From the NCBI GenBank assembly GCA_965242525.1, contig OZ251459.1, positions 3,136,001-3,200,000 of the forward strand: a stretch of 64,000 bases of DNA. The letters run 5' to 3'. The notes under the pieces were generated by a model, which worked only from the letters and a program-made list of their open reading frames with translations, had not been told where the DNA came from and did no database searches. The position numbers and the translations under genes were made by a program. This document shows positions 7,059 to 17,413 of the stretch, piece by piece. How positions within the stretch are numbered: the stretch's first letter is position 1; the number at the start of each line of letters is the position of its first letter. This stretch comes from an uncultured Candidatus Binatia bacterium. GTDB lineage: Bacteria; Desulfobacterota; Binatia; UBA9968; JAJDTQ01.

Positions 7059-9575
7059 TCACTGGTAGTCGGCCAGCGTCTCGGGGAATTCGGCTTCGTC
7101 GAAGACTAGGCGGAAAGTGCCCTTCGCCGGTCCGTCGTGGATCTGCATCCGGCCCACGTGGAACGCCCGTTCCAGGGTTTCCAGCACCTTGCGTTTGTAA
7201 ACGGTGTCCGGGTTGTCGCGCAGGTGCTCGCCCTTGGTCTCGAACACCAGCAGGTGCGGCTTGCCCGCGCTCCTGCCCGCCATGGCGATGAAGTCGGGAT
7301 AGATGCGCTCCCGCCGCCAGCCGCGCAGGTGGTATTCACCCTGCTGGCGGACGGCCACCCGGTGCCACCAGCGCAGCGCCTTCTGTTCGTCGAGGTAGCA
7401 AGCGAAACGCCGCTCCAGCTCGGTGTCGAACTGCCGCTCGAACACCGGCTCGAACAGGTTGAGTTGCATGGGCTGGCCGCCGAACCGCTGAAAGGTCCGG
7501 TCGGACTCCGACACCGGTATCTCGTAGCTCTCGCGCATCCGGTAACGGGGCACGCCGGCGTCCAGGTCGAAACGGATCCTCCGCCGCGTCAACTTGTCGC
7601 GGAACATCCGTTCCGCCATCCGTTCCACGCCGTCGATCACCGATTCCCGCAGCGCATAGGCGAGATGGGAACGGCGGTCGTAGATCCTGCTTTCCTCCTC
7701 GCCCGTCTCCCGCAGTCGTTGGAGCAGGGTGCGGGCGATGCCCGCGGCGTGCCAGGGGTTGGGCACCACGTCGGACAGCCGCCGCACGAAATAGGACGTC
7801 CGCACCGTCTTGTCGATCCGGAGGTCCCGGGACCCTCCCGGGGAGGCCACCGCCTCGTCTTCGCCTACGTCCACGGACGCCGTTTCTCGCCGCGCCGCGG
7901 TGGGCAGGGATCTCGCGGGGTCCGGCGGTTCGATCTCCTCCCAGTCGATGGCCGGCAGGATGTCGCGGTGGTAGTCCAGGTCGCGCCAGCCGGCGCCGTC
8001 CCGATGCAGCACCCTGGGCAGGAAGATGTCGGCGCCGCGAAACTGCTCCCGCCGCCGCACTTCCACGATGTGCAGCTTGGCGCCGCTCCCCGTCACCTCG
8101 TCGCCAAGGCCGGTCAACCCCTCCCGTTCCAGCCCCTGCTTGATCTGCTCCACCGCCCCGGCCACGTCCATGTTCCAGCAATAGACCGCGCACCGGTCCA
8201 ACGGTTCCCGCCCGGTGCGGCGCGCGTGGGGCTGGCGCATCACCCGCCCCACCAACTGCGTCAGCGCCCGCTGCGCCCGGGTCGTGTCCAGCATCACCAG
8301 CAGGTAGGCGAAGGGGCAGTCCCACCCCTCCATCAGCGCCGCGCGGGTGATGATCCACCGCACCTGCGAGTACTCGGAGAGCAGGTCCTCCTTGCCCAAC
8401 TCGTCGTTCTCCGCGGACTTCACCCGCACAGCCTCCGCGGGCACGCCGAGGTTGCGGGTCAGGTACTCGCGCACGTCTTCGGCGTGGATGCGTTCGCCGT
8501 CGCGCTGGTCCTTGCCGGTGCGCTCCACCCGCACCACCGCGATGGGGCGGATGTAGCGCCCTTCGCCCATCTGGAGCGATTCGGCTTCGGCGCGCAGCCG
8601 CTCCAGTTCCTCGGCCGCTTCGCCAAGGGTGTGCCGCCACTCGGCGTTGGTGAACGATTCCACCCGCACCGGCAGCTTGATCATCTCCTCGTGCTTCAGA
8701 TCGACGCCGGAGACGTCCACCAGCAGGTTGCTGACGGCGCGGTTCGGCGTGGCCGACAACTCGACCACCAGGCTGGGGTCCAGGCGGTTGACGGAGCGCA
8801 CGAACTCCTGGGCCGCGGCGGGTTTGCCGTAAGCCTTGTGGGCTTCGTCCAGCACCACCACCGGGCGCAGCATCTTGAAGACGTTGAACAGGCTGTGCTT
8901 GACCGGCCCTCCGTCCGAAGTGCGTTCGAGTTCCGGGTAGCGGCGCAGCAGGCGGCCGTCGCCCAGGGCGTCGTCGCTGTCGGGAAACAGCGTCGGGTAG
9001 CGCCCCGAGTCGCGGAACATGCGCAGGAACTCCCTGCCCTTCTGGCGGTTGGCGGCCGGCAGCATGAGCAGCATCACGCACAGGTAGTGGGCGACGTCCG
9101 CGGCGGTGAACGGGGCGTCCTTCTCCAGCATCTTGACGCGCCCGCCACTGGCCCGTTCCAGCATCTGGCGGTAGGGATGCTCGCGGCTCCACAGCGCGGT
9201 CCTGGTCTGCTGGTAGATGGCTTTGGTGGGGGTGATCCACAGGGTGAGGCCGGCGGGCCGGTTCATCCGTTCCAGCGCCGCGGCGGCAAGCAGCGTCTTG
9301 CCGCCGCCGGTGGGCACCTTGAAGCAGACGTGTGGGATGGGAAAGCCGGCGTCCGCGGTGCGGTCCGCGTAGTCGCCGCCGCCCGCGACCCCGCCGGCCT
9401 GGGCCAACTTCCGCCACGCGGTCTTCGGGTAGTTGCCCAGATCCGGGGGAAGATCGACCCCGGCCTTTTGCAGCGCTTCGACCGCGGCCGCGGACTCCCT
9501 GCGCGCGTCGTCGAGAGCGGCCAGCCAGCGGCTGAACGCCTCCAGCGCTCGCGTCTGGTACTCCTTCAACTCCAT
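7059..9575 (-). CDS. res: Type III restriction enzyme Res subunit (SF2 helicase + PD-(D/E)xK nuclease)
   Basis: VPTGGGKT, DEAH, EGWD, QLVGRVMR, C-terminal YPDF...FETKG. Directly downstream of a DPPY methylase. Confidence 0.9.
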   Translation of the reverse strand: MELKEYQTRALEAFSRWLAALDDARRESAAAVEALQKAGVDLPPDLGNYPKTAWRKLAQAGGVAGGGDYADRTADAGFPIPHVCFKVPTGGGKTLLAAAALERMNRPAGLTLWITPTKAIYQQTRTALWSREHPYRQMLERASGGRVKMLEKDAPFTAADVAHYLCVMLLMLPAANRQKGREFLRMFRDSGRYPTLFPDSDDALGDGRLLRRYPELERTSDGGPVKHSLFNVFKMLRPVVVLDEAHKAYGKPAAAQEFVRSVNRLDPSLVVELSATPNRAVSNLLVDVSGVDLKHEEMIKLPVRVESFTNAEWRHTLGEAAEELERLRAEAESLQMGEGRYIRPIAVVRVERTGKDQRDGERIHAEDVREYLTRNLGVPAEAVRVKSAENDELGKEDLLSEYSQVRWIITRAALMEGWDCPFAYLLVMLDTTRAQRALTQLVGRVMRQPHARRTGREPLDRCAVYCWNMDVAGAVEQIKQGLEREGLTGLGDEVTGSGAKLHIVEVRRREQFRGADIFLPRVLHRDGAGWRDLDYHRDILPAIDWEEIEPPDPARSLPTAARRETASVDVGEDEAVASPGGSRDLRIDKTVRTSYFVRRLSDVVPNPWHAAGIARTLLQRLRETGEEESRIYDRRSHLAYALRESVIDGVERMAERMFRDKLTRRRIRFDLDAGVPRYRMRESYEIPVSESDRTFQRFGGQPMQLNLFEPVFERQFDTELERRFACYLDEQKALRWWHRVAVRQQGEYHLRGWRRERIYPDFIAMAGRSAGKPHLLVFETKGEHLRDNPDTVYKRKVLETLERAFHVGRMQIHDGPAKGTFRLVFDEAEFPETLADYQ

Positions 9576-9596
9576 CTTCCCGCGCTCCGCTCCCGG

Positions 9597-11276
9597 TTAC
9601 TCCAACCGGCTGGACAACTCGTAGGGGAGTTGGCAGAAGGTGATGCCCCAGGCCGAAAGCTCGCGCTGGCCGATGTACTTGGCGGCCGCGAACACCACCG
9701 CCTTGCGGCCCTGCTCCCGGGCCGCTGCGCTGATCCGTTTCGCGCGCTCCTCGTTCAGCACCGCGTCGTTGCTGCACAGGAACTTCAGGTCGGGTTGGTA
9801 GAGCAGGTGGTAGTCGAGCTTGTCGGAGGAATGGAAGAGTCCGTCGTCGTTCAACGGCGCAAGGTCGCCGGGCCCGGCAGAGACGCCGGAAGCGGTATGG
9901 AGCAGGTAGGCCGCCAAGTCCGACCACGGCGGCAGCGCCTCGCCGGAGAGCATGCCTTCCAGTTCGATGGGGTCGCCGAGGGTGGCGAAGGTGAAGGAGC
10001 CTCCGAGCCCGTCGCGCAGCGCAGCGTCACGGGCGCCGGGCGCGCCCTCGATGACGCGCCGAACCCGCTCCGCGGTGACCGAATCGGCATAGTCCTCGCA
10101 CTCCACCAGGATGAACCTGCGGTTGCCGCCGTCCTCCTTGTTGAGCGCGAGCACCGCATGGGCCGTCGTGCCGCTGCCGGCAAAGGAGTCGAGGACGATG
10201 GAGTCTTCGTCGGTGGCCGCTCGAACCAGTTCCTTCACCAGGGAAACGGGCTTCGGATAGGGAAACACCTGGTTATGGTCGAATATCGTCCTGAGTTCCT
10301 GGGTGGCGGCGGTGTTCAATTCCGCCGTGAGATCGAGAACGACGTCGTTATCGTCGTCGCCGTTCCTGGTGTCGATCCAGGTCGAGATGGGGTTCGTCTT
10401 CCCGGGATCGTTCGGGTCATAGCGGGTCTTGTAACGGGGGCGCGTCATTCTCCTTTGCCTGGGCGTCGGCCAGATGATGTTCCCTGCCTCGATTTCCCGT
10501 TTCATCGTCGATGGCTCGAACCGCCATACGCGCTGTTCCGGCGGCCGGTACGCTGCACCGGTACGCGGATCGACGATTTCGTAGAACTGGTTGGGGCGGA
10601 GGTTCCTGTCCATGCCGATCGTCAAGTCAGTGCTGCGATACCTGCCCGCCGAGTCTTCGAGCGGATAGTCACCGATCTTCCGCTTTGCGCCTGAGAAGCC
10701 GACATCCCTGGATTGTCGCGCGCAACAGGCCACGAACTCATGATCTTGAGAGACCTGGTTGTCCCTCATGCCGGTCGCAAGACGACGCTTCCTCACGAAC
10801 ATCGCGATGAAGTTTTCCTCGCCGAACACCTCGTCCATCAGCATCCTGAGATGATGCTGTTCATTGTCGTCGATGGACACGAAGATCACTCCGTCTTCGG
10901 ACAACAGCTCCCGCAGCAGGTGCAACCGCGGCCACATCATGCAGAGCCACTTGTCGTGCCGTTCCAGGTCCTCGTTGTCCACCGGACCGTTCGTTCGCAG
11001 CCACTCCTTCATCAGCGGGCTGTTCACGTTGTCGTTGTAGCTCCATCCCTCGTTGCCGGTGTTGTAGGGCGGGTCGATGTAGATGCACTTGACGCGCCCC
11101 GCGTACCGCGGCAGCAGCGCCTTCAGCGCGTGCAGGTTGTCCCCGTGGACGATCAGGTTGTCGTCGGCGCCGGCCGAACGGCAGGACCGCTCCCGGTCGG
11201 GCAACAACGGCCGGTAGGGCACCGTGAGGTGGTGTGCGTAGATGTGCTGCTTCCCCTTGAACTCCAGCACCGGCAT
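9597..11276 (-). CDS. mod: Type III R-M Mod subunit, adenine-specific DNA methyltransferase
   Basis: GDNLHALKAL, IYIDPPYNTG, FPYPKP, LDSFAGSGTT (beta-class order). Confidence 0.92.
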   Translation of the reverse strand: MPVLEFKGKQHIYAHHLTVPYRPLLPDRERSCRSAGADDNLIVHGDNLHALKALLPRYAGRVKCIYIDPPYNTGNEGWSYNDNVNSPLMKEWLRTNGPVDNEDLERHDKWLCMMWPRLHLLRELLSEDGVIFVSIDDNEQHHLRMLMDEVFGEENFIAMFVRKRRLATGMRDNQVSQDHEFVACCARQSRDVGFSGAKRKIGDYPLEDSAGRYRSTDLTIGMDRNLRPNQFYEIVDPRTGAAYRPPEQRVWRFEPSTMKREIEAGNIIWPTPRQRRMTRPRYKTRYDPNDPGKTNPISTWIDTRNGDDDNDVVLDLTAELNTAATQELRTIFDHNQVFPYPKPVSLVKELVRAATDEDSIVLDSFAGSGTTAHAVLALNKEDGGNRRFILVECEDYADSVTAERVRRVIEGAPGARDAALRDGLGGSFTFATLGDPIELEGMLSGEALPPWSDLAAYLLHTASGVSAGPGDLAPLNDDGLFHSSDKLDYHLLYQPDLKFLCSNDAVLNEERAKRISAAAREQGRKAVVFAAAKYIGQRELSAWGITFCQLPYELSSRLE

Positions 11277-11348
11277 GGTCTGTTTCTCTATCTCTCCCGG
11301 TGGCGCTTGGCGGCATACCCGGCGTCAACGGGCCGAAAAGGATCTCCG

Positions 11349-11456
11349 GGAAACCCTGAACAATTCCGGCCTGGACTCCATCTCCCGGTGTGAAAGCGCG
11401 TCCTTCGACTTCGCTTCGCTACGCTCAGGACGAACGGGGTAATTGCTCAGGTTTCC
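11349..11456. mobile_element. MITE-like element
   Basis: GGAAACCCTGAACAATT...AATTGCTCAGGTTTCC with the core. Flanks TCCG/TCCA (imperfect duplication). Confidence 0.75.
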
Positions 11457-11498
11457 TCCAACGAATTGCTGCGGCGCAGCCTTCCGGGTGAGTCTGCA

Positions 11499-11927
11499 TC
11501 AAAGGAGCGGGTTCACCCACCGCAGGCCGGGAAACCGCGCCATGTCCGCGTCGGTCGAATGGATCTCGGCCTGATGCTCGATCGCCAGAGCGGCCAGGTG
11601 TGCATCCGTCGTCAGATTGCCGCTGGTTCCAGTCGCCTCGATGAGCTTGAACAGGATATCCGAATGACGCGCACCGGGATGAACGACGATCGCGTTGGGC
11701 CGGGCGAGCCAGGCTCGGACGCGAGCGCAGGCGTTATTCGCCTCCAGCGGGTTTTCGAGGATCCTCGGATGTGTCGCAATGCGAATGAATCCCAGAATCA
11801 CGATCCAGGGAATACCGACGCTGCCCGCCCCGTTCATCAATGCTTCCCACCACTCGCGTGCAGACTCGTGCCGGCGAGCACCCGAGTCGTGGGCGTACAC
11901 CAGGAGGTTGACGTCGGGAATGATCAC
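11499..11927 (-). CDS. vapC: VapC-family PIN domain toxin
   Basis: IPDVNLLVYA...GNLTTDAHLAALAIE...STDAD. Confidence 0.92.
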   Translation of the reverse strand: MIIPDVNLLVYAHDSGARRHESAREWWEALMNGAGSVGIPWIVILGFIRIATHPRILENPLEANNACARVRAWLARPNAIVVHPGARHSDILFKLIEATGTSGNLTTDAHLAALAIEHQAEIHSTDADMARFPGLRWVNPLL

Positions 11928-12184
11928 CGTTCGAGCTTTCGAGAGGATTCCGCGGCCTCCAACTCGTCCGCGAGTTGATTGAGACGGTCGGTGTCCACGC
12001 CCGCCTTGAAGACGAAGGCGTGGGGTTCGACCTTGAAGGGGGGCAACCTCGGCGGCTTGCCCTGGGCGCCGAGGCCGCGCCGCAAGGCATCGTTCACGAC
12101 CGTCTTCATGTTCCTGTCGGTACGCCGCATCTCCTGTTGCAGGAGCTGCGCGACGTCGGGATCGATCGTCAGGGTAGTCCGCAT
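11924..12184 (-). CDS. vapB: VapB-type RHH antitoxin
   Basis: MRTTLTIDPDV...VVNDALRRGL, 86 aa, 4-nt overlap with the PIN gene. Confidence 0.88.
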   Translation of the reverse strand: MRTTLTIDPDVAQLLQQEMRRTDRNMKTVVNDALRRGLGAQGKPPRLPPFKVEPHAFVFKAGVDTDRLNQLADELEAAESSRKLER

Positions 12185-12190
12185 GAAAGC

Positions 12191-12219
12191 ATCCTGATAC
12201 GCACGGGAATGGAAGTCAA
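12191..12219 (-). promoter_or_regulatory. Putative promoter giving a leaderless vapBC transcript
   Basis: TTGACT-17 nt-CAGGAT, 6 nt before the ATG, no RBS. Confidence 0.5.
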
Positions 12220-12252
12220 GGTGCGGGGTGCGTGGCGGCGGCGCGGCCCCGG

Positions 12253-13356
12253 TCAGGCCTTCGGCACCGCCAGCGTGTGGTTGGCCTCGAACACCAGATC
12301 GACTTCCAGGTCGTCGGGTGCGGCGAAGTCCGGGGCGGCCTTGGCTTGGATGAGGGTCTCGCCCACCAGGACGTCCACGCGGCAGGAGTCGCCCAGGAAC
12401 GCCACGTGGCGGACCCTGCCGGAAAGACGGTTGCCGCCCGCTCCCGGCTCCGCGGCCGACAACCGGATGGCTTCGGGGCGGATGGAGACGGCCACCCGGT
12501 CGCCGTTCCGCATGGCTCCGGTCTTGATGCAGGCCAGCGTGCGGCCCTGGGCGACCTCCACTTCCGCGGCGTCTCCGTCGATGCGCGCCACCTTGCCGTC
12601 CAGCAGGTTGGTGCTGCCCACGAACTTGGCCACGAAGTCGTTGGCCGGGCGGAAATAGATCTCCCTGGGCGTGCCGGTCTGGATGACGTTGGCCTGGTCG
12701 ATCACCGCGATGCGGTCCGACAGGGTGAGGGCCTCGGCCTGGTCGTGGGTGACGTACACGGTGGTGATGCCGATCTGCCGTTGCAGGCGCTTGAGCTCCA
12801 CCCGCATCTCTTCCCGCAACTGGGCGTCGAGGTTGGACAGGGGCTCGTCCAGGAGCAGCAGGCGCGGCGTCTTGACTATAGAGCGGGCCAGGGCCACCCG
12901 CTGCTGCTGGCCGCCCGACAGCCGGGTCGCCGGGCGGGACTGGAAGCCGGCCAAGTCCACGGTCCGCAACGCCTGGTCCACCGCGGCCTCGACCTCGCTC
13001 CGGGAATACCGGCGGTCCTTCGCCACGGTCAGCGGGAAGGCCACGTTCTCGGCCACGGTCATGTGCGGCCAGATGGCGTAGGACTGGAACACCATGCCCA
13101 CCTCGCGCCGGTTCATGGGCACGTTGACGCCCGCGGCCGAGTCGAACAGCACGTCGCCCTCCACCGCCACCCGGCCCCGGTCCGGGGTCTCCAGGCCGGC
13201 GAGGCACCGCAACGTGGTGGTCTTGCCGCACCCCGAGGGTCCCAGCAGGGTGAAGAACGCGCCGTTCTCCAGCGAGAACGAAGCGTTGCGGATACCCCCC
13301 GCGATGGCGTCCGTGGTGTTGGCGAAGATTTTGGTCAGCCCCTCGATCTCCAGCAT
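12253..13356 (-). CDS. ABC transporter ATP-binding protein (Fe3+/polyamine class)
   Basis: GPSGCGKT, LSGGQQQR, LLLLDEP, TOBE-like tail. Confidence 0.93.
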   Translation of the reverse strand: MLEIEGLTKIFANTTDAIAGGIRNASFSLENGAFFTLLGPSGCGKTTTLRCLAGLETPDRGRVAVEGDVLFDSAAGVNVPMNRREVGMVFQSYAIWPHMTVAENVAFPLTVAKDRRYSRSEVEAAVDQALRTVDLAGFQSRPATRLSGGQQQRVALARSIVKTPRLLLLDEPLSNLDAQLREEMRVELKRLQRQIGITTVYVTHDQAEALTLSDRIAVIDQANVIQTGTPREIYFRPANDFVAKFVGSTNLLDGKVARIDGDAAEVEVAQGRTLACIKTGAMRNGDRVAVSIRPEAIRLSAAEPGAGGNRLSGRVRHVAFLGDSCRVDVLVGETLIQAKAAPDFAAPDDLEVDLVFEANHTLAVPKA

Positions 13357-13371
13357 GGCATGACCCCCGGT

Positions 13372-15576
13372 CTATTGGCCCGCGTCGTCACGCTCCGCGC
13401 CGGCGAGCACCACCAGGGCGTCGAGGGCGACGCCGCCCCGCGGGCGCAGCACGAACGGGTTCACGTCGATGGACTCCAGCCGGCGGCCCAGGTCGCAGGC
13501 GAGCCGCGACACCGCCACCAGCGCCTTGACCGCCGCCTTCCGGTCCAGGGCCGGCGCCCCCCGGTACCCGTCCATGAGCCGCGCGGCCCTGGTGCGCGCG
13601 ATCAATGCCTCGGCGTCGGCCTCGCGGAGTGTGGGCGCGGCAAAGGCCACGTCGCGGTAGAGTTCCAGCGCCGCCCCGCCCGACCCGAACATGACCACGG
13701 GTCCCATCTCCGGGTCACGCGACGCGCCGATGACCAGCTCCAGGTCCCCGGCCATGTGCTCGGCCACCAGCACGCCGTCCACGGCCGCCCCCCCGGCCTT
13801 GCGGGCGACGTTGCGCAGGACCGCGCCGTAGCCCCGGCGCACCGCGGCCGCGGTGCGGACGTCCAGCAGCACGCCGCCCGCGTCCGACTTGTGGGTCAGC
13901 TCCGCGCCCGCGGCCTTCAACACCACCGGGAACCCCAGGCCGCGGGCGACCCGCGCCGCCTCCGCAGCGCTCCGGGCCAGCCGCTCCCTGGGCGTCCGCA
14001 CCCCGTAGGCCCGGAGCAACTCCTTGGAATCCACTTCCGACAGGGGCGTGGGTCTCGGCCCGCCGCGGGTCCTCTCCAGCCGCCTCCGCACGGCCGGCGG
14101 CGCCGTCCACCCGCGGCGCCGCTTCCCCGCGGCTTTCCTCGGCGACCGCATGGCGTAGGAGATGACCGACCGGACCGTGCGCAGGGACTTGTCCGCTTCC
14201 TGCAGGAACGCTACGCGGCGCAAGCCGTCGCGCAGGTTGCGGGCGTAGTCGTTCAGGCCGTGGGAGATCATGGTGACGAAGACGATGGGCTTGCGCGCCC
14301 GGGCCGCCAGCTCGTTGACGGCGCGCATGTTGTGCTCCTTGTCCCCGCCTTCGGGGGCCCGCAGCAACTCCTCCTGCAACAGCAGCGTGTCCACCCCGGG
14401 GTCGTGGAGCATGGTCTCCACGCAACGGATGTAGGTCTCGCGGCTGGTCAGCGCGCCAAAGCCCGAGTCCAGGGGGTTGCCGATGACGGCGCCGACGCCG
14501 AGCAGCTTTTCCAGGCGCTTGCGGGTCCCGGAGGCGAGGGGCGGGAACGACAGGCCGTTGGCCTCGGCCTGGTCCAGCAGCACCCCGCGGAGCCCGCCGG
14601 AGAAGGTCATGGCACCCAGCCCGCCGCCCCGGGGCAGCCGGGCGTGGAGCAGGTACTCGGCCATCTCCACCACGTCGTCGAGGGTCGCCACGCGCACCGC
14701 GCCCGCGTCGCCGGCGACCGCGTCGAACGCGGCGATGGACCCGGCGAGGGCGCCCGTATGGGCCAGGGCGGCGGCCCGGCCGTGGTCCGAGGTCCCGAGC
14801 TTGACCACGATCACCGGCTTTCCGGCTTCCCGGGCCGCGGCGCAGGCGGCCAGGAAGCGCTCGGGCTCGCGTACCGCCTCCAGGTAGGAGACGATGACCC
14901 GGGTCTGCGGGTCCGCGGTGAAATACTCGATGTAGTCCGCGGTCTTGAGCCCGGCCTCGTTGCCGCTGGTGACCACGTAGCCCACCGCCATGCCGCGCTC
15001 TTCGAGGGTGCGCTTGAGCGCCATCACCAACCCGCCGGACTGCCCGACGATGGCGACGGGGCCGGCCTCGGTGGGCTGCGGCCGGTTGTCGGTCATGGTG
15101 ACGAAGCGGGCGCGGCCGTTGAAGTTGCCGAGGCAGTTGGGACCGGAAACCGCGATGCCCAACTCCGCCACCGCGGCGGAGAGGCGCCGGCCGCGCTCCA
15201 TGGCCGCGGGGTCGGGGGATTCGTCGAAACCCGCGGACACCACCGTGGCGCTGCGCGCCCCCGCGGCCGCCCCCTGGCGCAGGGTCGCCTCCACGAACGG
15301 CGCCGGCACGAACACCGCCAGGTGGTCCGGCGGCTCCGGCAACTCGGCGTAGCTCCGGTAGCACCGCACTCCCCAGACCTCCTCGCGCCGCGGGTTGAGG
15401 GGATAGACCGAGCCCCCGTAGCCGTAGCGTCCGAGGTTGCGCCAGCAGCGCTGGGCCCAGTTCCCGGGTTTGTCGGTGGCCCCGACGATGACCACGTTGC
15501 GCGGGTCGAGCAGCGCCTCCACGTCGGGGCGCGGGGTGGTTGCCGGCGGCGGAGGCGGGGAGTTCGACGGACTCAT
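13372..15576 (-). CDS. Acetate--CoA ligase family (NDP-forming acyl-CoA synthetase) with ATP-grasp domain
   Basis: CoA-binding N-terminus, GPNCLG, QSGG, HTGALAG, HKSDAGGV, DVNP. Confidence 0.9.
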   Translation of the reverse strand: MSPSNSPPPPPATTPRPDVEALLDPRNVVIVGATDKPGNWAQRCWRNLGRYGYGGSVYPLNPRREEVWGVRCYRSYAELPEPPDHLAVFVPAPFVEATLRQGAAAGARSATVVSAGFDESPDPAAMERGRRLSAAVAELGIAVSGPNCLGNFNGRARFVTMTDNRPQPTEAGPVAIVGQSGGLVMALKRTLEERGMAVGYVVTSGNEAGLKTADYIEYFTADPQTRVIVSYLEAVREPERFLAACAAAREAGKPVIVVKLGTSDHGRAAALAHTGALAGSIAAFDAVAGDAGAVRVATLDDVVEMAEYLLHARLPRGGGLGAMTFSGGLRGVLLDQAEANGLSFPPLASGTRKRLEKLLGVGAVIGNPLDSGFGALTSRETYIRCVETMLHDPGVDTLLLQEELLRAPEGGDKEHNMRAVNELAARARKPIVFVTMISHGLNDYARNLRDGLRRVAFLQEADKSLRTVRSVISYAMRSPRKAAGKRRRGWTAPPAVRRRLERTRGGPRPTPLSEVDSKELLRAYGVRTPRERLARSAAEAARVARGLGFPVVLKAAGAELTHKSDAGGVLLDVRTAAAVRRGYGAVLRNVARKAGGAAVDGVLVAEHMAGDLELVIGASRDPEMGPVVMFGSGGAALELYRDVAFAAPTLREADAEALIARTRAARLMDGYRGAPALDRKAAVKALVAVSRLACDLGRRLESIDVNPFVLRPRGGVALDALVVLAGAERDDAGQ

Positions 15577-15594
15577 GGGCGGCGCGTGGATGGG

Positions 15595-17307
15595 TCAGTT
15601 GCCGTAGGCGGTGGCGCCGGTCTGGCGCGCCGTGTAGTAGAACAGGCTCGCGATCACGGTCATGACCGCGGTCCACACCAGTCCCAGGGCCGCCAGCTCG
15701 GTGCCCTGCCCGTTGGTCCAGAGGTCGAACATCTCCACCGCCACCATCTGCGAGTCCGGCCCCGACAACAGGATCGGCAGCGACAGCACCCGGGCGGCCA
15801 GCAGGAAGATGAACAGCCAGCCCGAGAGCATGGCCGGGGCCAGCAGCGGCGCGACGATGCGCCGCAGCGTGGTCATGGGGGAGGCGCCGCACACGCCCGC
15901 GGCCTCTTCCAGCTCGTGGTGTATCTGCAACATGCCGGCGTAGGAATACCGCATGCCGTAGGGCAGGTAGCGGATCACGAAGGCGATGACCAGGATCCAC
16001 ACGGTGCCGTAGATGGGGATGGGCACCTGGAGGTAGATCTGCATCACCGCCACCCCCAGCACGATGCCGGGGAAGATCAGCGGCATGGTGGCGAGCTGGT
16101 CGAGGACCCATGCCCCGGCCTTGCGGCGGGCGGCGAACCATCCGGCCACCAGGGTGATGGCCATGGCCGCGGTGGCCGAGACCGCGGCCACGAACAGCGT
16201 GTTCCACAGCAACCCCAGGTAGTAGTCCGCGTCCAGCACCGCCCGGTAGTTCTCCAGCGTGAAGAGGGAAAACCCCCGCAACCGCACCGGCTGGAAGAAC
16301 GGCAGGAACGAAGCCCACAGCAGCGCCAGCAGAGGCAGCACCAGGATCACGAAGAAGTTGACCAGCACCACCGCGGTGGCCACGTGCCGGCCGCGGCCCA
16401 GGTCGAACATGCGGGCGCGGTACCCCTTGCCGGTCACCGTGTGGTAGCGGTCGGCGCTCTTGGACAGCCGGTTGTAGAAGGCCAGCAGTATGCCCACCAC
16501 CACCAGCAGGAAGACCGAGAACGAACTGGCGTGCCCGAAGTCCGGGGGCACCACGTCCGACAGGTCCAGGTAGATGTCGGTGGTGAGCACGTGGATCTTT
16601 CCCGGCAGCCCCACCAGGGCCGGGACCTCGAACGCCTCGATGGCGCGGATGAAGACCAGCAGGGCCAGGGCCAGCACCGAGGGCAGCGCCAGCTTGAGGG
16701 TCACGCGCCGTATGGTGTCCCACACGCTCGCCCCGCAGATGCGCGCCGCCTCTTCGTATTCCGGGTTGCTGGTGCGGAACGTGGCCGAGAGCAACAGGAA
16801 CACCAGCGGCGACCAGAGGAACCCCTCCACCAGGATCATGCCGCTCATGGAATAGACGTTGATCAGCACCCCGTCGCTGCCGGTGACCAGGCGGTAGAGG
16901 TCGTTGATGGGTCCGGCCTTGCCGAGCAGGAAGAGCCACGCGCTCACGTAGAGGATGAAGGGGGTCCCCAGGGAGATGATGGTGGTGAGGTAGGCCAGCC
17001 ACTTGAAGGCGGCGTTGGTGCGCTCCACCACCCAGGCCAGCATGGCCCCGAACAGGAGCGCCACCGCCGAGCTGCCCACCGCGAACACCGTCGAGTTCAG
17101 GCTGCTGGTGAACAGCGCGGGTTCCCGAACCAGCCGGCGGTAGTACTGGAGCGTCAGCTCGCCCCGGCTGAAGTCGGCGTTGGTGGTGTAAAAGCTGCCC
17201 TGCACCAGGAACCAGATGGGCGGCAGCACCAGCAGGGCGATGAGCACCGCCAGCAGGAGGCCCGGAACCGCGTATTCGGTCTGTCGCAATCGGAACCACC
17301 CCGGCAT
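15595..17307 (-). CDS. ABC transporter permease (two fused TM modules, Fe3+-type)
   Basis: Two EEAA...GAS loops, about 12 TM segments. Confidence 0.92.
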   Translation of the reverse strand: MPGWFRLRQTEYAVPGLLLAVLIALLVLPPIWFLVQGSFYTTNADFSRGELTLQYYRRLVREPALFTSSLNSTVFAVGSSAVALLFGAMLAWVVERTNAAFKWLAYLTTIISLGTPFILYVSAWLFLLGKAGPINDLYRLVTGSDGVLINVYSMSGMILVEGFLWSPLVFLLLSATFRTSNPEYEEAARICGASVWDTIRRVTLKLALPSVLALALLVFIRAIEAFEVPALVGLPGKIHVLTTDIYLDLSDVVPPDFGHASSFSVFLLVVVGILLAFYNRLSKSADRYHTVTGKGYRARMFDLGRGRHVATAVVLVNFFVILVLPLLALLWASFLPFFQPVRLRGFSLFTLENYRAVLDADYYLGLLWNTLFVAAVSATAAMAITLVAGWFAARRKAGAWVLDQLATMPLIFPGIVLGVAVMQIYLQVPIPIYGTVWILVIAFVIRYLPYGMRYSYAGMLQIHHELEEAAGVCGASPMTTLRRIVAPLLAPAMLSGWLFIFLLAARVLSLPILLSGPDSQMVAVEMFDLWTNGQGTELAALGLVWTAVMTVIASLFYYTARQTGATAYGN

Positions 17308-17413
17308 CTGGCCAGCCTCCGCCTCCGTGCGGCGCGCGCGGGCGCCGGATCGTCGCAGAAGGACGGGAAAGGGAGGGCGCCGTCAGCGGCTTGGCCGCGG
17401 CGCCCCTCTCCGG

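Noticed and set aside
7137-10694. 1185-aa plus-strand ORF, and similar giant ORFs at 12232-17475, 13715-17299 and 50032-54570
   Set aside because: Antisense or alternate-frame shadows of well-supported genes, expected in high-GC DNA, with no recognisable motifs.
6902-11456. Composite transposon carrying the type III R-M system
   Set aside because: Outer flanks are not duplicated (TTTC vs TCCA) and the two MITEs are different subtypes; unsupported.
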